NCBI GenBank assembly: GCA_002104945.1
Contig: MCFH01000167.1
Coordinates: 1 to 21,857, forward strand
Length of the DNA stretch: 21,857 nucleotides
From: Piromyces finnis finn
Lineage: Eukaryota; Fungi; Neocallimastigomycota
Reading direction: 5' to 3'
Made by a program: the position numbers and the translations under genes. Positions 1 through 8,991 of the stretch are shown piece after piece. Within the stretch, counting starts at the first letter, position 1. Every line of letters starts with the position of its first letter. Under the pieces are notes generated by a model. It had not been told where the DNA came from and did no database searches. It was given only the letters and a program-made list of their open reading frames with translations.

Positions 1-1866
1 AAAATCTAATTTTATAAAATTCAAAATCAAAATCTAATTTTGACAATAAATTTACTAATTCAAAATTAAAAGTAAATTTAAAACAAAGAGTTCTCAGGAT
101 CAAATAAACAAAAACATTAAACCTCCATTATTAGTTAAACCAAATTTATCAGCATTTAATAAAGCTTTAAAACAAACAAAATTAACATTTAGTACTAAAC
201 AAGGAAGAGAAAAAAGTAATGATAATTCTGTTAATAAAATTGAAGAAAATATTGAAGATGATTTTAGTGATTCAGGTACTTCTAATAGTTTCGATTCATT
301 CTCGAATTCAATAGATGATAGTTCATTTTTATTCTTTAATAATACAGATCATAATGTAAAAAACAATAATAGTCAAAATGATATATTTAATAATTTTCAT
401 TCAGAATTGGAAAGTTTTGAGGGAAATACATATTCAAAATCTAATAATGAAGATAATGAATTTACAATAAAAAATAATAGTCAAGGAAAAAACTAATGAA
501 AAAGTTCACTGAAGATAAAGAAAAAAAATTGTTAGATAAAAGGGATATCTTTGATATATTTAATGATAATAGCAATAGTAATTTGGAATTTAGTGATAAT
601 TTATCAGATAAATATAAAAATTATGAAGAGTCTCTTAGTCCAAAATTTAATCTTAATATATTTAATAATAAAAAAATTGTTGAAAATGATGATAGGTCAT
701 TTTATGAGGTTTCAGCAAGAAATATTTTTGAAGCAGAACTTTTATTAGAAGGAGAAAGTATTAAAGAGAGTTTGCAATTTGATGATAATTTTTATAATTT
801 TTCATTGAATAAAAAAATGTCGAAATACACTAAGCAAAACATTAATTCATTTATAGATGATGATAATAATTTGTATAAATATTCAAAAATTAACAATAAT
901 ATTAGCAATACAAAAAATAATTCAGTCAAAAAAGAAAAAAGAAAAATCACCCTACCGAATGATATCTGGAAAAAATAAAATTATTTAAATTTTAAAGAAA
1001 TACTATCAATGTCATGCACATCAAAGCAAATGAATAAGATTATACGTGAATTATATATATGGAAGAAAATCGATATATATTCTATTTTTAAGAATAACAA
1101 TATAAAAAATAAAAATAAATTTTTAGAAGAATTACTGAAATCAGTATATACATCAAAAATTGAAATATTAATATTTAACATTGATAAAGATATTCCTACA
1201 CCAAATATGATTTCATTAATTATTCAAAATTGTAAAAATTTAAAATCATTAATATTATCAGATACAAGTATTTCATTAAAACATTTCGAAAATAAATTCG
1301 AAAAAGGAGAAAGGTATTTTATTTTTTTATTTTTTTTTTTTTATTATGTTATATTAGCAATTAATAATAAGATAATCACAATAAAATTATTTAGTATATT
1401 TATATTAAATATTTATTTAAAATATAATAAATATATAATTAGGTTAAAATCATTGAAATATTTAAACATTAATAATTGTTATAATATAAATTATTCAACG
1501 TTAAAACATTTAGTAAATGGATGCCCTAATTTACTGAAACTTGAATGCTGCAATTTAAATTTAAAACCAGGCGAATTTGGTGTTATACAAGAATTACAAC
1601 ACTTGCAGTATCTAAACATATCAGGAAATAAATATTTATGTAATTTAGATATCAAAGCGATATATAACAAGGAAAATAATATCAAATATTTAGATATTTC
1701 AAATGCAATAGTTTAACTGATAGAGCTATATCCTTTATACTAAAAATGCACAAAATTTAGAAACCATAAAATTTATGGATCAAACATGCGAATAACTCAA
1801 AATAGCTTTTATTTATTAACAAAATTAAAGATACGGAACGTTGAATATCAAAAAAGAAACAAATAA
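1..1866 (+). CDS. F-box / leucine-rich-repeat (FBXL-like) protein, 5'-partial, frame-disrupted in this sequence
   Basis: Low-complexity N/S/D/E-rich N-terminus, then an F-box-like motif LPNDIWKK*NYLNFKEILSMSCTSKQMNKII (952-1041, in-frame TAA at 976-978). Cysteine-containing LRRs follow (NCKNLKSLILSDT, LKSLKYLNINNCYNI, GCPNLLKLECCNL, LQHLQYLNISGN). One GT-AG intron at 1314-1442. The last repeats (DISKCNSLTDRAISFILKNAQNLETIKIYGS...RNK*) read through only after adding single A's in A-runs near 1700, 1745 and 1770. Stop TAA at 1864-1866. Confidence 0.75.
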
Positions 1867-2131
1867 TAATATCAATATTTAGTATTTAAAATAATTTTTA
1901 AATTTTACTATCGTTTTTTCAAAAAAAAATTTTTTACTATATTATATATATTGTAATATGTATTATATGTTATTATCTAAATTTAAATTAATGTAAATAG
2001 TTATATTTTTGTAGTATAATTTATAAAAATATTTTAGCCAATCAAATTAATTTAAAATAAATCAATAAAATATTGAATCCTCATTTTTTAAAAATTATAT
2101 ATAAACAGTTAAAATTATAATTATTTTAATC

Positions 2132-2301
2132 TTTGTACCTGACGTCCTGTCTATATCCCCGAGTCAATGTTGCTGAGAACTTTATTTTTCTAAAAGTTTT
2201 CGGTGCCAAGGTGGGACAAGAACAAAAATCGTGCGGTAGAGAAATTTAATCTGATTTAGTTTTTTCAATAAATTAAATTATATAACAGATTTCTCACATT
2301 A
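2132..2301 (+). ncRNA. Candidate box H/ACA-like snoRNA or other structured ncRNA
   Basis: GC-enriched island in AT-rich intergenic DNA with no ORF. Hairpin 1 upper stem UGCUGAGAACUUU/AAAGUUUUCGGUG (2171-2205, several G-U pairs, which favours the + strand) and lower stem UGUCU/GGACA. ANANNA hinge AGAACA at 2219-2224. Hairpin 2 is GAGAAAUUU/AGAUUUCUC with upper stem AUUUAGUU/AAUUAAAU, followed directly by ACA at 2296-2298 plus 3 nt. Confidence 0.45.
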
Positions 2302-2490
2302 TATGAAGCACCCATTTTTTATAAAATATTAATTTGAAATTAAAAATGTAATTTTAAGGATTTATTTTAAAATTAATATGAGAGTTTTATTTTTTAAAAA
2401 TGTATTAATATTTTTAATTTTATTAATATTTGTTTAAATTATAAATTTTAAATATAATCTTATTATTTTAAAAAAAAATACAATTTATAT

Positions 2491-5400
2491 CTATTTATAT
2501 CTATTTTTTTTTGGTGGTATAACTTCATCAATATATTGACTAAATGCAATTTCAACTTTTTCCTTTTTTGAAATTGTCATTGTACTTGTTATATTTTGTT
2601 CTTGTTGCTCTTTAAAATCAATAGATGGTCTAATTATTGCTGATGCAAATGTTTAACTTTTAAATATTTTAATTATTAAATAATAATATTTAAATTTTAT
2701 AAAATATATTTGATTTAAAAGTTTTAAAAGTTAATATATATATATATAGCTTGAAAAATAATAACAAAAAAATAGCATTGAGGGTTTTATTACCTAGTTC
2801 ACTTTTTGAGATTAATTCATATGAAATAGTATCTCCTATGTAATATTATGTAATTTAATGTATTTGCATGACATGAAGGCAATGCAGAATATAACTATAT
2901 ATATACAAATAAGGAAATAAAATTATAATGATGATATATATAACAATAATTAAAGATATTAAGTGAATAAAATAGTTATTATATATAATATATTTATATT
3001 AATATTATGATTCATACTGTTTGGAATTTGGATCCGTATTTTTTAAAAATTTTCATAGGGAACTACTGCATTTGGAAATTCATATAAGAATTTCATTAAA
3101 ATTTCAGCCATAGAATTTATAGAAGGTAGTTTTCCTTGTCTTTTAACTATTTCAGCTATTTTTTGTTTTACAGCTTTCAATGAATAATTTTTATATATGA
3201 TTTCGTTGAGGTTAGTTTTTGACTCAGAAGATTGATAATCATAAAGACTTAATTTTTCCATTTTTGATATACTACTAATAGCTGAATCCATTGAATCCAT
3301 TGATGTTAAATTATCTAATGAATTTAAATATGAATCTGATAAACTTGATCTTCCAAAAAGTAATAAGTTATTATCAATATCAATATTGTTATTCAACAAT
3401 ATTTATATACTTTTTTATTATTATATTTCCATTATTGAATACATATTTCTTTTATGAATAGATAAATATATATATATATATATTTAAATATAAATTATTT
3501 AATTATTATTTAAATCATTATTACATTTATTTGCAATTATATATATATATATTTTTTTTTATATATTACCTCATCTCTACCATATTTTATCAAGAAATCA
3601 ATAACCACATATAAATTCTTAGGAATACATGAGATTTCTTCATTTTCTAACAATTCTTTTGTTTTCTCTGATAATTCCTTTTTATTACTTAATTCTAGTA
3701 TTGAATCCCATGGATAATAAGATAAAGGACGATTTATTTGGCATAAAGTTTCAATAGGAATACCAAACAAACTTGGAACAATTTCACTTTTCACATTTAT
3801 AAATATATCATTGCCATTTTTAACTTTTAATATGATTATTTCGTCAATTTTTTTTATTGATATTCCGGTTGTTACAGTTAAAGTAATATTAATTGTTTGA
3901 GATTCACCTTTTAATAATGTATTTTATTTTAATATTAATATTTATAAATTTTAATGTACACATATATATATAAACTATAAAATAATGGAATTTTATATTA
4001 TACCCGGATATATAGTATTTGATGATGGTTTTACTGATATCCATGGAAACGATAGCGATGTTTTATTATCATCTAATGATGTTACTAATTCATATGAGGA
4101 TAATACTTTTCCTTCATTTTTGATTATTAATGTTTTTGTAGTTGAAATATTATTGTTATAGTTCCAAAATCAACCAAAATCGATGATACTTTAATTACAG
4201 GAATACTGTCATTTTCATGATGATCAAGTTGTTTTATTAATTGAGAATATATCTCTGAGTATTTTTCAGTATTAATTTTTCTTACCTATTTATTTATAAT
4301 TAATATATAAGTATTAGAACATATATATTATTATATATGTTACAATTTAATAACAGTAATGTTGTTAAAAAAAAAATTAATTTTTTTATAAAAATAATAT
4401 ATACCCAAATTTCAAATTCAGAAATAATTGGTTTATGATCACTAATTGTTAATTCTCCATAAGAATTATAATTTTTGGGAATAATCCATTCATTATCCTC
4501 AATAGTAATTTTATTTGAAAATGATACTTCAGATGGTTTTAACGCATTTGATGCTTTATACCATTGTACTCTATCACAGAAAGCTGGTGCTCTCTTCTTT
4601 TCACTTTTTATAACAATAATTTTAGCAAAGTTAAAAGCCAAAATTTATATATAATAAATCAATTTACCTTGTATCGAATGTATTTGTTCCTATATCATAT
4701 TTATATGTTGGTTTAAAAGTGATTTTACTTTCATAAAAATCAGTAAATACTACCTGCTTAGCTTTTTCAATTAAAAGCTTAATAATAAAAGTTAATTGAA
4801 AATTTTTTCATTAATTTTAATATTTAAGTATTTTAAATATAATATATATATTTTATTAATTATATTAAAAATATACCTGATCAAATTCTAATAAATCCTC
4901 GATTTTCCCCTGATTAATATACTCTTTTATGACATCGCTATTATTATTAAGTCTATAATTCAAATCACCAAACCAAAATAATATACTAATTATTGCATAA
5001 TAGATAATAACAATAATATTAAGAATCGTATTAGAAAGTTCGTCACAATAAAGTATTATATTATATTAGTAATTTAAATAAAAAAATAACTTACTCATTA
5101 TCATATATTGAAAAATTAATTTTCATGTTTCCCTTTTCTTTAAGATTTTCTTGACATATATTATTTAACCATTTATTACTTGTAATATTAAATCTTAGCA
5201 TATTTTCAGTATAGAATTGCTCTTTATTAAATCCAGTTCCATTATAGAATCCATTAATATTATCTCTTGGAGGAATAAATGGAAATTGCAAATTTTTAGC
5301 AATATCTCTATAATCCTCATTTCTTCGTTGAACTTGCATGGTATCTGCTGCTAAATGTGAATTTACAAAACAAACATAAGAATCATATATCATCATACGA

Positions 5401-6906
5401 ATTCCTGATGCACCTTTATTTCCCATAATTCCCATTAAACCACATCCGATAAAGGATGTTGATACATTACTGATTACTTTTTTTAATTCTTTTCTTACGT
5501 ATACAAAAACGCATATGCCCACCATTTGCTGAGATGCTATCTTCATAGATTAATTATAATTGAAATGTAATATATTAATTTAAAGATTATTAAGTATAAT
5601 TTCCCCATATATTTATATTATAATAATTACTTTGACATATTTTTTATTAAGGCTATTTATTCCTTCCTCAATTTTTTCTGACCAGTGATTTTCTTTTTCA
5701 TTATTTGATACTATATATGCTTCCTTTGATAAATCCATTTCTTGAAGGCTTAAAAAATAAAATAAAATAAAATATATTTTAAATAAGATATTTTATTTTT
5801 TTTAGCATTATAAATTTCCTTAATATCTACCCTATAACATATATATCTGGAATTTTATGTTTATATGAATTTAACCATCCTTTCAAAGAACATTCTGGGT
5901 CTCTACCATTGACATTCCAAGTTCCAATAAATATACTATTCAAATATGTAGTTATATTAAACATTTCAAATTAAAATTATTTTTATTATTTATTATTTGA
6001 AAAAATATTAAAAAATATAGAAGTATCGAAAACTACTTTATTTTTTTTAAATCGGTAAATTTCGGTTGTTCTATTGCAAGTTGTTTTGATATCCAACATT
6101 CTCTTGATAAACGATAATTTAAAGTTATTTCTGAAGATAAGGGGTGAATGAAAGGATTTTCATCTGTCGTTGTCATACTTGAAACTACAAATTGGTTTAA
6201 TTGTTTAAATAATATAAATTATGAATATTTAAATCTTTGTAAGTTATTTATATTATAAATATTTAAAGTAACGTATGTACACTTTTCTTCTAAATCAGTT
6301 TTATATGCTTTATAATTATTTAACCAGTTGAATGAAAAATCTGGATAATATTCCTCATTTTCTTTTTTCACATATATGAAAATTAATATAATAAAATGAA
6401 AGAATATAAAATATAATAAAGTAAAAAATTAATTCATTTTTTAAAATTAATAAAATGAAATTTGAAATTTACACTATTATATAATACATACAATACATAT
6501 ATAAATATGGTTATGAAAATGATACTATACTTTTTTCCTCAACAATTCTTTCTAGTTTATATTTAAATTCTTTATAATTTTGTTGTTTTGTTGGAACTGT
6601 TATTTTTAAATCTGTGTTTTGTGATTTTAGTATCCATATTATATTATTTTCTGTAAATTTTTTTTCAATTGTAAATTTGAAATTTTCATCTATGGGTATT
6701 ACATTATATATAGATATCCCGAAAAAATTCTTCTCTAATAAAAAGAGACAATATTCATGAGTGGTAATATTTGAAACAATTGTTACTAAAATACTTTGTC
6801 CATATGAAATGGCCGTCAAATAAGCTGATTCTAATTTTTCATTAAGTCGAAGAATTGACTGAAATTTCTTTATTGCTTCTTTCTCTTTTTCTTTTTTAGT
6901 TTCCAT
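2491..6906 (-). CDS. OCRL: OCRL/INPP5B-family inositol polyphosphate 5-phosphatase (PH - 5-phosphatase - ASH - RhoGAP-like), multi-exon
   Basis: Spliced exons give an N-terminal PH-like region (VIPIDENF) and 5-phosphatase motifs IFIGTWNVNG, DIYVIGLQE, GLMGIMGNKG, FVNSHLAA, ILFWFGDLNYRL, TFKPTYKYD, PAFCDRVQW and SDHKPI. An ASH domain follows (ENDSIPVIKVS...NEGKV...PWISVKP), then PSLFGIPIETLC and a RhoGAP-like domain (INSMAEILMKFLYEFPNAVV, LPSCHANTLNYII, FASAIIRP). About five single-base frame disruptions lie between 2650 and 4160. OCRL and INPP5B cannot be told apart here. Confidence 0.92.
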
Positions 6907-7331
6907 TTTTATAGTTTTTAATTAGTTTATTAATAGTATATTTTCATTATAATATTGACTTATTTTTCTTCTGAAGTGTTATATTGTTTTGAAGGAATAT
7001 GAATAATAAAGGAAGGAGAAAAAGAGCATGTAAATTTTTAATTTGTAAATTGTATATTAAAAAGAGGCAAATACTTTTTGTTGGATTGAATTTATATAAA
7101 ATTTTCTTTTTTTAAAATATTTAATATAGATATATTAATTTTTTATTTTCCTAATTAAAAAGTTTCTAAAATACAATAATCTACATCAAATAATGGTAAA
7201 TGTATACAATAAATAAATTAATTAATTTTTTTTAAAATATATTTAATAAAATTACAATAATAAATTTCCTTTTATAGGTATAATTAATTTTTTTTATTTC
7301 GAAAAAAAGATTTTTAAATAGTAAAGGTAAA
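6907..7331. promoter_or_regulatory. Short divergent (head-to-head) intergenic region between OCRL-like and RSU1
   Basis: The two ATGs point away from each other 425 bp apart, so both promoters and 5' UTRs must fit here unless OCRL has an upstream exon. No specific motif identified. Confidence 0.5.
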
Positions 7332-8650
7332 ATGGGAAATAAATTACTAGATACTTTAGTTGAATCGAAGCCATCTGAAATCAATTTAAATGATAGAGGT
7401 TTAAAAGAATTTTCAGAAAGATTAAGTATGTAAAATTATATGAATATGTTACTATTTCAAAACATTTATATTTATATATATTTATATATATTAAGCAACA
7501 ATCACAGAATTGGAATCATTATATTTGTCAAACAATAAAATTAAAGGTATTTAATTCATAAAAATAATTTGAAGTATTTTTAATATATAGTTATCATATA
7601 AAGTATATTTTTATCGAAATAATAATATATATAATTAAACAATAATAACAGAAATACCTGAGAGTATTAGTAACATTAAAAAACTTTCTACATTAAATTT
7701 GTATCACAATAAAATAACAAAAATCCCTACAACTATCAATGCAATCTCATGTTTACGCTACTTAAACGTTAGGTATAAAGTAAAGAACAAAAAATTTAAT
7801 TATACTTTTAAAAATTATTAACAAAATTGTTATATATATATTTAAATTAAATAGTAACAATAATATTTCTGAAATACCAAGTGGTTTTGGTAGTTGTCCA
7901 AATCTTGAGGTTTTAGATTTAAGCTGTAATAATATTTCATCTATTCGTTCAAATTTCGGTTATTTAAGTAAATGATCATAATATATTATTAAGCTATTCA
8001 AAAAAATAATGCTTTATAATATTATTTATTCTTAAATGGAATTTTATATACAAATATAATAAAACGTTAATATAGCTACTTTAAAAGCTTTATATATGTC
8101 TGATAATAAAATTGAAACATTACCTCCGGAATTTACAAACTTAACAAAATTAGAAACTGTATACTATTAATAATAATTAAAATCAAAAAATTATTATTTT
8201 ATAATATTATATAATTTATTTTAATATACCTTTTAATAAATAATTATTACTAATGTAGATTTCATTAAGAAATAATAAATTAACATCATTGCCTGATAAT
8301 ATTGGAAAGCTAAAAAATTTGAAAGAATTTTTACTTCAAGGAAACAAATTGAAAGTTTTACCAATATCATTAAGTAATATTCAAAAAAAAAAAAAAAAAA
8401 AAAAAAAACAATTTATATTATTATATTGAATTATAAAAAAACAATAATTAAAATTATATATATTATATTTCATGTATTATAAAAATTAATATTAGGTGAT
8501 TGCCCATTAGTTGGTGAAAATAGATATTTAAAATTAGCAGGAAATCCATTACATAAAGATATAATAAATCAGTTAAATAAAGGAGGAACAGAAGCTCTAT
8601 TTGAATTAATGAAAAGTATTGAATATTATGATATTATAGAAAATAAATAA
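7332..8650 (+). CDS. RSU1: Ras suppressor protein 1 (RSU1)-like LRR protein, 243 aa, 7 exons
   Basis: Exons 7332-7425, 7496-7546, 7652-7772, 7855-7967, 8076-8158, 8259-8373 and 8496-8650 are all GT-AG and sum to 732 nt with no stop. Protein: MGNKLLDTLVESKPSEINLNDRGLKEFSERLTTITELESLYLSNNKIKEIPESISNIKKLSTLNLYHNKITKIPTTINAISCLRYLNVSNNNISEIPSGFGSCPNLEVLDLSCNNISSIRSNFGYLTTLKALYMSDNKIETLPPEFTNLTKLETISLRNNKLTSLPDNIGKLKNLKEFLLQGNKLKVLPISLSDCPLVGENRYLKLAGNPLHKDIINQLNKGGTEALFELMKSIEYYDIIENK. It is collinear with human RSU1 as recalled (DRG cap, GFGSLPALEVLDL, NFFYLTTLRALYLSDN, LSLRDN, KELHIQGN, C-cap). Confidence 0.88.
8383..8408. repeat. A26 homopolymer in RSU1 intron 6
   Basis: Read directly. Similar long runs occur at 14239-14261, ~16370, ~20620 and ~20800. 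Confidence 0.9.
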
Positions 8651-8991
8651 CAGCAGTATCAATAATTATATGATATTCTAAATATATCTATAATTTTTAT
8701 TATTATTTTATTAATATAATTTAAAAAATTATTTGGAATCTTTTTATAATAAATATAATTTTTAATATAGTCATACTAAATATTTTAAATCTTTAATATT
8801 TAAATGTTTTTTTAATTAATATATTTTTGTTTTCTTATTTTAATTTATATTAATACAAAAAATAAATATAAAAATAAAAAATAAAATAAATATAATAATT
8901 AAAAGGTTTATCTTTATTCTCATTCGTTAAAATTGTTATTATTATATGCATATATATTCTTTATTCTCTATATATTATTTTGATTTTATAA

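Noticed and set aside
976-978. TAA read as Gln (ciliate-type code) or stop readthrough
   Set aside because: RSU1, BROMI, SEC14 and the CC2D2A-like gene all end in TAA at the positions expected from homology, and no other intact exon needs TAA as a sense codon.
551-1685. ORFs 551..748 (+), 981..1181 (-) and 1491..1685 (-)
   Set aside because: Alternate-frame or antisense shadows of the F-box/LRR gene.
2156-2167. Split complementarity of CCCCGAGUCAA to the 18S rRNA helix-31 region (UUGACUC...CGGGGA)
   Set aside because: It needs a 4-5 nt bulge and does not fit a two-sided pseudouridylation pocket; a match this short is expected by chance against whole rRNAs.
2136-2180. TPP riboswitch (ACCUGA and GCUGAGA both present)
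   Set aside because: The motifs are in the wrong order, the P5 loop and GCG..GGGA 3' part are missing, and there is no thiamine gene nearby.
2132-2301. U1/U2/U4/U5/U6, U3, SRP, RNase P/MRP, tRNA or SECIS identity for the GC island
   Set aside because: None of their diagnostic motifs (for example ACUUACCUG, GUAGUA, GCCUUUUAC, ACAGAGA, TTCRA T-loop, AUGA/GA quartet) is present.
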